A DNA stretch of 64,000 bases from Tubulanus polymorphus (GCF_964204645.1 NC_134027.1:14478485-14542484), one strand, 5' to 3'; numbered from the stretch's first letter, positions 1 to 12,283 are shown. Program-made: numbers and translations. The notes: generated from the letters alone by a model not told the origin.

Positions 1-218
1 TTATAAGTATCAATTGCTATTTTTATACAATTATCTAAATTTTCTTTTACTGTTTTAGGATTTGATATAATAAACTTTTTTATTTTAACTATATCTCTAT
101 TATATGTTTTATTCATTTCATAAGTAGTAACAAATCTAATATGAAATGTTTTACCACAATTGGTTACACCAGTAACTAACATATTATGCGGTTCAAATAT
201 AAATAAATCTTTATTCAT
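1..218 (-). pseudogene. Packaging ATPase, 5' part (copy 1), with a small internal deletion
   Basis: Matches 57232-57494 including Walker A GVTNCGKT; about 47 bp are missing near position 132 relative to copy 2. Confidence 0.8.
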
Positions 219-702
219 TTATTCTTTTAATTTTACTAGATAAAATCCATTCATTAAATTTATCATCATATCCTTTATATTTCACCAAAGAATACTTTTT
301 TCCTTTAAGAATTTTTGTTTTCAATACTTTTTCTATTTTGTATTCTATTTCATCTGGGTTTGGTACAAGTGATAATTCTTGTTCATAGAAATAACCTAAT
401 ATTTATTCATCTTTTAAATCTTCTAATTTATAAACAAATGGTTTAGTTAATATTATCTTTTTAATCTTGAATATTTCTTCTGTAAAAGTTTTATCCATTT
501 TCTTGTGGATTTGATATGTTGGTTGATTTTGTAACCATGATTTCAATTCACTATATTTTATATCACCGTGTGGGTGCCATACGGCACCATTACCATTTTC
601 CTTATCAGATTTAATTCTACCCCATAATTCTGTAACGTTAGAATATGATACTTCACTTTCTGGGTTATAATATAAATCTCTTAAATATTGTTCTTTTTTC
701 AT
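211..702 (-). pseudogene. rve integrase-chromodomain remnant lacking the catalytic core (copy 1)
   Basis: The N-terminus MKKEQYLRDLY is joined directly to FTEEIFKIK; about 630 bp containing the DDE core are deleted at a GTAAAA microhomology near 482. There is also an in-frame stop at 403. Confidence 0.85.
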
Positions 703-708
703 CTTATT

Positions 709-1077
709 TTAATCCATTAATAATAATTTAGATTTAGTTTCAATGACTTTATGATTTGACTTATTTTCTGGTATGATAGGTTTATTATCATTGGAATCAT
801 CTTTATCATCAGATTTGAATTTTGATTTATATATTACACCGGATAATATAATAACTGTTACTAATCCAATTGTAATATATAATTTATAATTACTTCCAGC
901 ATTAGAAGAATCAGATGGATCATTATTTGAATCAATATCAGATAAAGTCTGTGATTCATTTATATCAGTAAATTTCTTTTTCTTAGCTTTTTTTAATTTT
1001 GAAGATCTTTTACCTAATTCTCTTGCCCATTTAATTTGTTTTTCAGATCTAGCCTTTTTCTTAACGCCATCACTCAT
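709..1077 (-). CDS. Polinton hypothetical protein, 122 aa, basic N-terminus and one predicted TM helix
   Basis: Intact ORF conserved with 58579-58947; hydrophobic run LYITIGLVTVIILSGVIY; TAAATG start. Confidence 0.75.
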   Translation of the reverse strand: MSDGVKKKARSEKQIKWARELGKRSSKLKKAKKKKFTDINESQTLSDIDSNNDPSDSSNAGSNYKLYITIGLVTVIILSGVIYKSKFKSDDKDDSNDNKPIIPENKSNHKVIETKSKLLLMD

Positions 1078-1672
1078 TTATTTTAGTTAATTTTTGTTCT
1101 GATTCATTTTCTGTTTCACGGTTTGGTTGTAGTACATCTGTTTCATTCTTACCTGATTTATATTCCATAGGCTTGATGTTCGAAAATGTTATGACGCCAG
1201 TAGAAATTAATGTCATAACCGATCCTAATTGAAATGAAGCATAACCAACCCATTTTTGTAATTCAGTCATAACTAAGTAGTCATTTTTCAAATCACTATA
1301 TAATTTATTTTCATCATCAATTGGTATTAACCGGTTACATAATTTTGAATAACATTTGACAATACCATCTGAAATAGAATCATTTATTCGGGCTAATCTT
1401 GCCTCTTCATAAATCTTAAAATATTTTATTACTTTATCTGGTTTCATAGCATCTAATTCTTGAAAAGTAATAATTCTATTTAAAAACTCTTTAGTTTTTC
1501 CACCGGCAATCAATAGTTCTAGATGATGCTTACAATATAAATAGTATTCATAATCTATATTACAATTAACTTGAGCACAATTAGTTACAACTGTATCTTT
1601 ATTATCACTTATACCCAAATCATCTAATGTTTTTTCAATATCAATACTATTCTTATTAGATTTCTTTGACAT
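1070..1672 (-). CDS. Polinton hypothetical protein, 200 aa
   Basis: Intact ORF conserved with 58940-59542 and with the diverged relic at 41310-41881; preceded by T7-N8-TAAATG. Confidence 0.75.
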   Translation of the reverse strand: MSKKSNKNSIDIEKTLDDLGISDNKDTVVTNCAQVNCNIDYEYYLYCKHHLELLIAGGKTKEFLNRIITFQELDAMKPDKVIKYFKIYEEARLARINDSISDGIVKCYSKLCNRLIPIDDENKLYSDLKNDYLVMTELQKWVGYASFQLGSVMTLISTGVITFSNIKPMEYKSGKNETDVLQPNRETENESEQKLTKINE

Positions 1673-2405
1673 TTATGTTAGAGAAAAAAAGCAAAAATAA
1701 TATTATAAGTATTCTTCAAATGATACTAGCTAGTTAAAGCTAAAGAATTCTAGTATTGACTACTGATACTAGCTATTTGAATTTAAAGAATTTCTATTTG
1801 AATCTATTCAAAATATAAAGTATTCTCTTTTTGAAAAGAAAATATTAAAAATATAATAGAATTCACTAGCAGTTGAAGTTATTGTTTTTTTATTATATTT
1901 TATTTAAATTAGGATTTAATATCTCACTACTATTGTCTATCTATTAGGAGCAGTAATTATAACTGTCCAGATAAGTCATTTCGGATCCTTGATATCAAAT
2001 TCCTCAACGTATTGTTCATTATTTGGATCATTGTTCCATTGATCAATAAATTTCTTTGCCTTTGTTAACTGTTCTAAATATAACTGTAAATCTAGTTTAT
2101 TAGATTTAATTATGTTTTCCTTTTTTTTCTAAAGGTCTTAAATTTTTCCAACCCCAGATAAGTTTTTTATTGTATTCATCATTCCTTTCCATTTATAAAT
2201 CAAATTTTCAATAAAAATGATTAATATTTTAGAATCCTCTTCCATTTCTTCGACTAACGTCCACCTTTTTCATTCCTCGCTGCTTTTGATAAGTCATTTC
2301 GGATCCTCGATAATAAATCCTCAACTGAAAATCAATTCAACGAAACGACTGGTGGAATTACTATTTCATAAACACATATATCTATTATGTTAATTTTAGC
2401 GATCG

Positions 2406-2750
2406 ATAATAGAACAATGGAGAACAATAGAAAAGCGGTTCAATCGGACCGGTTATTGCGCAATACACAGTTATATTTTTATTCTGTAAACTACAACATT
2501 CAAACATAGAACTGTAACCAATCAATATTGAGCAGCTGTTTCCGTCATCAACGATCAATAATAGAACAATGGAGAACAATAGAAAAGCGGTTCAATCGGA
2601 CCGGTTATTGCGCAATACACAGTTAACAGTAAACAATCAATACAGAACAACCGCCGCCATTAACAACGATCAATAGTAGAACAATGGAGAACAATAGATA
2701 AGCGGTTCAATCGGACCGGTTATTGCGCAATACTTAGTTAACAGTAAACA
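2406..2750. repeat. Three direct repeats inside the Polinton (AGAACAATGGAGAACAATAG...ACCGGTTATTGCGCAATA)
   Basis: Copies start near 2406, 2559 and 2676; the sister element has two copies at about 61465 and 61580. Confidence 0.85.
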
Positions 2751-3698
2751 ATACAATATTAAAACAGATATATACAATCGAGATTACATTTTTGATATCT
2801 ATATTACAAAGACCTTCAGTGTTATAATTTATAATTTTGTCCAGAATTCTTTAATTACTGGATTGTTTCCAATCATTTCTTCAATTTCTGGTAAATATCT
2901 GACCACTTCACTAAATGCTAATCCTAATATTTTGAATTTTTCATATTTTATTAATCTGCCTACTCTTCTCAGTTTTCTTTCAAAACCGGCACTGATATCT
3001 CCACTCATTTTCTTAGTTTTCGATTCAACAGCAATTTAAGTCGCGTTGCTGGTAATTTTGGTAATTGTAGTTCGCGCGGTAATTGTTTATTATGTATTAC
3101 ATCACTCAGAATTTTCACCATTTCTTGATGATAGTCCAAATGTTCTTGTAATTTTGTGAAGTTTGTTCGTCAATTACGAGAGTTTCATCCTCCATTTCTA
3201 TTGATTCCTGAGTTTCACTATCTATCGTTTCTGGTTCCTCTTCCGATGGTTGACTTGGAATTTCTGGTCGATCTCTGTATTCCATTTTAATCTAGAAGAT
3301 GCCGTTAAAATGAATTACTGTACTTAAATATGTTTAAAGGTTTCCCTACTTCATAATATATGTACTTACATTTAGATTTAGAACTGTAATCTGTGTTTTG
3401 AGAGAGAATATCCAATGCGTACTATGTATGTGAAAGTTGATTTCTAACTGCCGACGTGGCGCACGTTCGACCAAACTAATTATTTCTGCACATATTTGCC
3501 TGGATTGTAACAGATGTTCCTTTGTGATGTAATTGATTAATCCTTTTCAACTGAAATAGCACATTCGATCAATATTCAAAAGAGGTGCGTCCCATTCAAC
3601 TGAATATGAAATACGGCACAGATGTTTTTGTAAACAACCTAATACAATTACATATAGGCGGTTTGACATAGATCGAGAGTAACCGGTTTTCTAAGCGC

Positions 3699-4352
3699 TT
3701 AAGCTTCAACGTATTTTTCATTATGTGTTGAATTCCATAATTCAACAAATGTCTTTGCTTTATCCAGTTGATCTAAATATAGTTTCATATCTAGTTTGTT
3801 AGATTTAATTATATTTTCTTTCTTTTCAAGAGGTCTTAAATTTCTCCAGTTCCAGATTAGCTTCTTATTATAATCATCACTCATGTCAAATTTAGAAATC
3901 GGCAACACATGATCAATATGAAAGTATTCACCATAATTATCTATATTCATTTTATCATCGAATTGATATATTATCCATGATATGAAAAATTCATCTGAAC
4001 AACCCAACAAATTAGATAATGTTTCTGAATGTGTTTCTTTGTTGAATAATTGTGTTAATCTAGATCTTAAGCATTGTTTCAATCTAAAATTAAGATCTGT
4101 TTTATATCTTTCTCTCATATATTCTGCCATATAATAATTATAATGTTCTATATTATCTTCTCGATATTGTTTGGCATATAGTATAAAACAAGTTTTACAG
4201 CAATATTGAAAACCATCTTTGCTAATCTTACGCTTACTAAATTCTGTTAAAGCTAATTTATCTAATTCACATTTAGAACACTTCTTGTAGTATATATTTA
4301 TAACGCCGGTGTTATTTGTAATATTTATAGTTTGTGGTTGTTCTGATTCCAT
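3699..4352 (-). CDS. HNH-type endonuclease with N-terminal CxxC...CxxC motif (intact in copy 1)
   Basis: KKCSKC...CCKTC, FHIDHVLPISKF...NLRPLEKKENIIKSNK (HNH-like H...N...N pattern); starts immediately inside the TIR. Confidence 0.7.
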   Translation of the reverse strand: MESEQPQTINITNNTGVINIYYKKCSKCELDKLALTEFSKRKISKDGFQYCCKTCFILYAKQYREDNIEHYNYYMAEYMRERYKTDLNFRLKQCLRSRLTQLFNKETHSETLSNLLGCSDEFFISWIIYQFDDKMNIDNYGEYFHIDHVLPISKFDMSDDYNKKLIWNWRNLRPLEKKENIIKSNKLDMKLYLDQLDKAKTFVELWNSTHNEKYVEA

Positions 4353-4599
4353 TTATTATACATATTTTTTTACTAAATTGATTTTAGAAGTTCAATGATT
4401 TATATCATGTATTATTTCAATCACACTTTACTAACACTTTTAATGTTTAAAAATCTAACTCATACAAATATGAATATTGAAATAATGTTTAAAATATATA
4501 CTTTTATATTGAATAATCTGTCAATTTAAATGTTATTCATGTATATGATTATTTTAAGAGTAGTAGGGGTAATAGGCTTTCAGGTTAAAGGTTGAAGTA

Positions 4600-5495
4600 C
4601 CGGTGTACCCCTTAACGATTAACCAAACCTTCATCACATTTGCCCGATGAGTCTTGGCCCCGGGCCCAGGGACCCCCCTAACAGGCAAATGGACACTTGG
4701 TGGCTTTACCTGTGGTCCGATTAGTGCTAAATTCAACAGGCACCTGCAGGATGTGTCCCTTAACGATTAACCAAACCCTCATCACATTTGCCCGATGAGT
4801 CTTGGCCCCGGGCCCAGGGACCCCCCTAACAGGTAAATGGACTCTTGGTGGCTTTACCTGTGGTCCGATTAGTGCTAAATTCAACAAGCACCTGCACGGT
4901 GTACCCCTTAACGATTAACCAAACCCTCATCACATTTGCCCGATGAGTCTTGGCCCCGGGCCCAGGGACCCCCCCTAACAGGTAAATGGATTCCTGGTGG
5001 CTTTACCTGTGGTCCGATTAGTGCTAAATTCAACAGACACCTGCAGGGTGTACCCCTAAACGATCAACCAAACCCTCATCACATTTGCCCGATGAGTCTT
5101 GGCCCCGGGCCCAGGGACCCCCTTAACAGGTAAATGGACTCTTGGTGGCTTTACCTGTGGTCTGATTAGTGCTAAATTCAACAAGCACCTGCACGGTGTA
5201 CCCCTTAACGATTAATCAAACCCTCATCACATTTGCCCGATGAGTCTTGGCCCCGGGCCCAGGGACCCCCCTAACAGGTAAATGGACTCTTGGTGGCTTT
5301 ACCTGTGGTCTGATTAATGCTAAATTCAACAGGCACCTGCAGGGTGTGTCCCTTAAGGATTAACCAAACCCTCATCACATTTGCCCGATGAGTCTTGGCC
5401 CCGAGCCCAGGGACCCTAACAGGTAAATGGACTCCTGGTGGCTTTACAATACAACCCTGGGGACTATTCTTGGCCCCGAGCCCAGGGACCCCCTC
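4600..5495. repeat. 148-bp tandem repeat, about 6 copies
   Basis: The TAACGATTAACC anchor (with variants) recurs at 4613, 4761, 4909, 5058, 5206 and 5354. Confidence 0.95.
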
Positions 5496-6675
5496 AAAGA
5501 CCCAAAGTCCCTTCATATTTGGCCTGATCAGCACCCACTTAAAATAAGAAATCCATTTTTTGGGGATATTTTGCTTAATCTTTTCAACACATACCTAAAA
5601 TTTGGTCTTAATTAAATACCACCAGTGAAACTGTGCAGTCTCAATATAGGCCTACCATCATTTTATATCCATTGATTTGTCACATGGCATTGAAGGATTG
5701 TCAAAAAGTCTTCATTTTCTCATGTTGAAGAGAAAAGGTCATCCATTTTTGAAATTCTTGAGATGTTTCCTGTTTCCATGCTTATAAACCATATTTTTGA
5801 TGATTTGAGATTAATTTAAAACGGTGGGCACGGAAACAAATTGTTAAAATTTATTTAGGCATAGTTCATTAAGTATTCTCTGCTCTGATTCAGATTGAAA
5901 GAAATTGATTCAAAGACGACTTTGGTATCGGTACTATCAAATTAAGACCAAATTGATTTAGGGCTCCTATGGCATGTTTCAAAGTTCAAGAGAATAAATC
6001 AATAAGTGGAACCTTGCTAAAACCAACTGGGATAGGCCGAATGTCGAATTTTGTCCAAATTAAGACAATTTGATTCATCCATGGCTGTTATTTAAATTGC
6101 TGCAGAGATTTCCGCATTTTGCGCGTTACACAACCTCATTCGTCACGGAACTTTGATCCAGGTGAAACCTCTCTTCTGGATCCTCTAAATTCGAGCACGG
6201 TGGAAGCATAAAAATCTAGCTTGAAATTAAGGCCTAAGCTCATCCTATCATCATTTTTTGAATGCATTTTTTCGATATTTACAGTTCGATTGGCAGCCAT
6301 TGCTCCTACTGATGAACGGAACGCCATCTATTCAATGAGCGATTGACCCGCCATCTACCGGTTCCTCGATTCAAGCGGTTCCCTGAATACTACTCCAACA
6401 CAGGTCAATATAACTCAAAATTGGGCTTAACCGGGAACAAATTGCAACAAAAGGTTTTTTGATTGTTACCATACCTATTAAGTGTGCTGAACAACATACT
6501 AAAAGTCTACCAAAGTCTGCCCACCGGAAGTCCGATTTTTCAAGATGGCCGCCAAAGACCTACCTGTAATCAGAAAATCAGCCGATACTCCACAAATATG
6601 GATAAAAATGGTATGTAACCCCATGTTTTCAGGTACAGCGAATGTATTGGTGATGTTATTTCAACCCACCCATGG

Positions 6676-7050
6676 TCACGTGACCCAGAAATTCAAGATG
6701 GCCACCATTACATATGCAAAATGTATTACATATATTAGAAATTCTTTGATATCTTTGTTTCTGTTAGTGCTACCGGCGTCGATATCGGTTTCTACCTAAT
6801 GTTTTCAGGGTCAGACAATTCATTTTTCATATCAAGGTTTTTGTAAAGTGATCACGTGACCCAGAAATTCAAGATTGCCACCATTACATATGCAAAATGT
6901 TATATATATATTAGAAATTCCTTCATATCTTTGTTTCTGTTCGTGCTAACGGCGTCGACATCGGTTTCTACCCTATGTTAATTCATTTTTCATATCTAGA
7001 TTTTTCTAAAGCGATCACGCGACCCAAAAATCCAAGATGGCCACCATTTT
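6676..7050. repeat. ~176-bp direct duplication with CAAGATGGCC motifs, probably non-coding DNA of the Academ element
   Basis: TCACGTGACCCAGAAATTCAAGAT recurs at about 6676 and 6852, with a degenerate third copy near 7015. Confidence 0.65.
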
Positions 7051-7421
7051 TATCTGGTCATGTGACCAATTTAGCCAAGATATTTAACTACCACTTTTTT
7101 CTGGTAAATTGCTTTATTTTATGCCGGCATATAATTTAACAACGATCATCATTTATGTTAGTTTGAATGTAGGTAAAATGGTTTGAAAAGGTGCGATGAC
7201 GTCAGGTAATTGGTAACTACTTTTTCAAATTGACGCCTCATTTCCAAGATCTAGTTGCGAATGAGGGTAGTCTCTGGTGTTCCGATTAGAATTTGTTAAT
7301 GCTAAAATTTAATAATCAGTTCATTCCACCACGTAGCAAGAAGTTATGAACCCTATTTCCGTAGTAAATGTTCCAAATTGTTGATCTGGAGACCCCATGA
7401 TGCCAATGGATTGTAGTACCA

Positions 7422-9995
7422 TCAATCTTCATCTAGAATAGGTCTCGTGCTATTTGGGTTATTACAAAGAGTGAAAGTACACGACAAACCATACTTTCTG
7501 CAAGTGCATATCTGGGTTTTACAATTAGTTGTGCAGTTGCAGTGGACCATGTTTAAAAGTATATCAGGGGCTGGTTTCTCGGTCGTCATGACTGGAACAT
7601 ATACTTTGTCGTCTAATAATTGCCATCCCCAGTGAGCAGGATCGATGTTTCTTTCATTCCCAGTCCAAACCAAAATCTGGTAGTAGCATCTATAGGAATC
7701 GAATTTGGTTGCTGAAACTGTTGGTGGCAAACGTTCTGGTGTGACAAATGACTTCCCGGATGTTACTTTCTTAGAGAATACTGCTTTTCTTAGAGCTGCT
7801 AGTGAATTGTCAATGTTTCCATCAAAAAGGGCAACCATAGCCTTACCACCAAGATCTTCAATAATTGCCATTTCTTGTTGCGGCTTTAGAAACTCGTCTG
7901 ATGCCATTTTCAAGGCAGGATTTATTTTCATTTTCTCAAATGCAGTCTTTTTGCCAATTCCAAAAATTCTCGAGGTAGAGTCGCATCCAGTAAATGCGTG
8001 AAGAAATAAAAGCCTGTTTTCTATTGTTCTAATATCATAGACTTTTGATTGCCTTCTACCACTTGTGAAATAGATAGGATGAGTACTAGGTTCGATTGAA
8101 GAATAGTATAGGAGCAGGATAAGTAAATCTGTGTCTTCTCCTATAAGTGTAGTTGGTTCACAAACTGCAGACTGAACGGCTTCTATGGTAATTTGAACAT
8201 CCGCATCATTTGGTACATTCACAACCTTAAATCCGCAGTTTTTCAGCTCAACAGTAATCAAGTTGATAAAACGTTGTTTGTTGACATCTCTACCTAGAAA
8301 TTCATCTTTTTTTCCTGTAAATATGGTGACATCAGAGAAATTTATGACAGGGTGCAAGTTTGATCCGCGACGCTGGTGGGTATTATCCTTTATGCTGGGA
8401 CCTCCATACCCATCAAATACAATTGTAGCCATGCCGTAATTAAGCTCAACATATGCCGCATATGACTTTGCTTTATTTATATAAGTGTCACCCTTTTTCC
8501 CTTGCAATTGGTGTAATAAAAATCCACCATCGATCACAAAACTTTGAACATTTGATGCCGGATAATCTATGATTGGGTTGAGTGTATTGCAAGTGCATTG
8601 GCTAATTGTGGTTTATCAGCTTTACGCAGAATGTTCTTTCCTTCAAACAAAGCCATAGGGTATGGGGCTGAGCTCGTACTCCATTGCATCTTCTAATACA
8701 AGGTCTCCTGACTGAGAAATGACAACAATTCTCTGGAAAAGTAATGCAGGATCAATAGTCTTTTCTGCAGATATATTTACTGATGACCCTTCAGCAAGCG
8801 TGACTACTTTGTCCTTGCGCTTGAATGATATGCTGGAGACATCCTTTCCGACCATTGATGCGATCATGTTGTTCCCAATGGTAAACATTTCACAGATGTT
8901 GACATTTTTCAGCTACAACTCCAGTGACGATATTCCTAAGTAAGGGGTGTGATGAAAATGGTGGATGTAATTGGAATTTAGATAAGATTTTCTTATAATC
9001 CTTCACATCACGTGTTATTCTGGCTAATGATGCCTCTTTGTGCTGGATTGTGGACGTTGCAGATAGATCTAGGAAGTCATTCATTGCTGCATTGTATTCA
9101 GCTGTTGTAGGTGACGACAAGGTCCACATGAGACGAACATCTTCTGCCATCCCACTCCCCCTCGTTAGACCACCAGTACTTTTTAAAGATTTCATTAAGG
9201 TCTGTTCTATGACAAGATCAGAACCAAGACCACCCCAACACTGTTCACTTCGTCTGATGACAAACTTTCCATCACTGAACTGTTTGAATATCTTTGGGTA
9301 TGTTGTAGGTAACATGACCATTTCTTGTAGATAGAGATAGGCAGATTTGCGATAGTTAAAATGGCCGGCAGCTGCAAATATGGGTAAGCATTCTGAAACG
9401 GCTCTTAGATGTTGCGCCCAGCAACCCGATCGTTCAGCATGTATCAAAGATCGTGCTATATCGATCATCCTAAGATAGTTTAACCATAGTTGGCAAGTAT
9501 GAGAAAAACTTTTCAATTCTGATTTCGTTTTTTCTATTTCAGAGTTCATGGTGTTGATTGGAATTGAATTTCGAACTGCTTCAGTATCTAATTTCCCTTC
9601 TTTCGCCATATCATATAGGTTTTCGCATTCTAAAATAACCTCTTCCAACTCAGGTTTGAATTTCAGCATTTCAGTGATAACCATATTATTGAGACACCTA
9701 CCCATTGTAAGATGCCCACGCAATGCACGTTCTACTTGTTTTCCAGACAACATCTGCATAACTGTGTTCTCACCATATATATCTCCCAAGAATTTCTTTC
9801 AGACCGGAATTGGCCATCAAAGATCCTATTGCACCTACGAGATTCATGAGAGTGTGAAACGAACCTAGCATCAATACAATATATTTGAGTTCTTCCTCTC
9901 CATGTATAATTTCACAGGCTTTCCAATATAAGGGTTGATCAAATGTTATAACAGCTTGGAAATTATACTTCTTTGCAAATGTATTGAGGAAGTTC
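7422..9995 (-). pseudogene. AcademX-type transposase (transposase + XPG-like nuclease + C-terminal Cys-rich domain), frameshifted, 5' part lost
   Basis: Fragments 9770-10003, 8890-9789, 8643-8888 and 7422-8537 carry ITFDQPLYWKA, LGSFH, GHFNY..SAYLYLQ, DLVIEQTLM, DADV...EDTDLL, the H3TH motif HAFTGCDSTS.IFGIGKK and CNCTTNC...CTCRKYGLSCT. Confidence 0.8.
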
Positions 9996-11150
9996 AACGC
10001 CATTCTCTCTGGCGATCTCGATTAATTCCACAAAATTGTGGGAATTATGACCATCGACAACTAATACGTGTGGTCTTTCTTGGCCAAGATTACTAAGGAA
10101 AACTTCTCGAAACCATAATTCTGCTATACCCTAGATGAAATTTAGGTGTGTGAATTTAGGTCTATTGTGAAGAGTCAATTGATATTTCATCAATACTGAT
10201 AGGTCTATTTTTTATTCCCATAGGACATACCTGTTTCGTCCACCCAGTTTCTGAGACGCTTATTTTGCTTTGCCTGGATGCATTTTGTAAATCATAGCCC
10301 AAGGATGCGCTTGTTTTTCCTTTACAGATAAAATGCGGTGGCAGGTGTTGCCCAGCCGCATTAACGCATCCGATAATTGTTATGATTTCTTTACTTCCAC
10401 TTGTGCGGGTTGGAATGGTTTTCGATCCTTTCCTGTTCAGTTCAATGTAAGTACATGTATAGGTTTTATTATTTAATAGCCTAAGTAACAACTTCGAAAG
10501 GGCATCGCAGGTATATGATGTATTTTTAAACTTATTAGAAATTAATTCAATTATACAACGTTTGTATGAATCAAGTTTTTCTTTCATTTACATAATTTTT
10601 TCAATGTCAACTACCTGGTATATGGAATTATTACCTGGCAAAAACGAGTGGAGGACGAAAATCGAGTTGGATTCCAGTTTCATCCATATTCCATATTCTC
10701 CATGGTTTATCATGTAGATTGTTATCATCAAGACCAGTTTTGTATGCCGCATAGAATTTTGCAAGTTTTTCAGGTTAAATGGCCTTGACTCTGAACTGTG
10801 ATGTAGCATCTGGTTTACGGAGCGACAATTCAGGATGCCTCTTTTTCATGCCCTGCCACCAGCAATCCAGCAGTGTCCCATTTTTAATTGCAAGGTTTGT
10901 GGCGTAACGCAAAAAATTCGATTTGTTGAAACCTATTCCCACTGTAGCTCTATTGCAGACCAATTCTTTTTCCAGATCCTTATTTAGGTAAGTTTTTCGA
11001 CCTGCTGTACTGAATGGCACCGTTCTTTTATGAACAACATCTTGAATCGTTGATCGTGGGACACCATACATTTTGCTGGCTGCCCGTATTGCCATTCCAT
11101 TCCGGATGGCATCAAACGCATTTTGCTTCTGTGCGGCGATGTATCGCAGA
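9990..11150 (-). pseudogene. pogo/Tigger-like (HTH_psq + CENP-B HTH + DDE_1) transposase with two GT-AG introns, 3'-truncated
   Basis: AIRAASKMYGVPRST, WNMDETG, ITIIGCVNAAG..LPP, GWTKQ|[17 protein letters not shown]. Removing introns 10433-10634 (phase 2) and 10131-10230 (phase 0) keeps the frame across both junctions. Confidence 0.85.
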
Positions 11151-12283
11151 ATTGTAGTGAAATACTTCGTCAGTCGGTTCCGCGGGGACCGAAATTGAAG
11201 TGAACAATATGATCTTTGAAAACAACGGTATTTTTTAAGTAAATATGAAATTTTAACTAAAATTGCCATTGTTTTTTTAAAGAATAGTTGCCCCCAATGC
11301 CATAAAGTGTGCTTAAAACATCAGTGAGCATGAGTACACTTTATTGATCGAGTAGATTTGGCTTACATTATAATGATGTTTTTAGGTTAAATTTCCCGGA
11401 ATCGTTGCAGACACCTCAAGCGTTGATGACGTCATCAATATCTCTCGGCGAATCAAAAAGCGCGATTTGGTGATTTCTAAACACTGCCACCTAGCATTCC
11501 GGCTATCAAGTTCAGAAAAAATTAATGTATTAAAATGAATGTGTAAACCCTTGTTTTTCTTTCAGAGTTCCTTAAGAGACATCTCGAAAAAATATCTATA
11601 TCATGATATCTCAGATTTTGGCTCGCAAGAAGGCGGCCATCTTGTTTTATGTTGATATTATATTGATTTTATATTTCATTGGAAGTGACCAATTTCAACA
11701 AAGTATGTCATGTTTGGTATCTAATGAAAGGTCTTTTTTCCAGGAAGTTTCTTCTATTGAATAAGAATGATGACAAACTAGCTCAATTGAATGTATAAGA
11801 CAAAGTATGAGTCTGTAAATATTGATCCCAGGAGATAAGATGCACAATCATAAACATTAGGACATACGTATTCACATCTATCATTTCACAATTTAGGGCC
11901 TAGCCAATCAGTGCAAATAATCCTAAAATCATAAAATCATAAAATGTTTCACTCATCAGTATGGCCACGAAACATTATATGAAATGAAACATTAAACATT
12001 AATACCTCATAATCATCAAAGCTGTATTGGTTTGCCTATTGATGGAGGTTTTGGGAGCCGAAATTCTTTTTTACTAAAACGCGAAATCTCAAGGCCTTAG
12101 TTATATAGTTTTTTCTAATTTTGAGTAAAAACACATTATTATTCGAAAATGGAATTATTAAATTCGTGGAATCAGTTGTAAAGTTGAAAAAAGAAATACG
12201 GTTATGATTGGGCCAGGATAAAGACAAAGCAATCAGTAACCTGGCAGACTAGGTTGAGGCAAATGTATGATTCATCAGTGGAA

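Larger units (their letters stand above)
1..4596. mobile_element. Partial, internally deleted sister copy of the Polinton (right part; runs off the window start)
   Basis: Colinear and highly similar to 57232-63496 in the same orientation. Contains ATPase and integrase remnants, 122-aa and 200-aa ORFs, an HNH ORF and the inner part of the right TIR (4365-4596); breaks off after ...AAAGGTTGAA. Confidence 0.92.

Noticed and set aside
4554-5615. Short ORFs in the 148-bp array
   Set aside because: They are repeat-derived, occur on both strands and have no recognisable domain.
7447-9868. Plus-strand ORFs over the Academ gene (and similar antisense ORFs at 18642-19038, 51404, 53746, 61699)
   Set aside because: Antisense shadows of real coding sequence on the other strand.
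5500-12250. TIRs and TSD of the Academ element
   Set aside because: No matching inverted ends were found, so element boundaries are not called.
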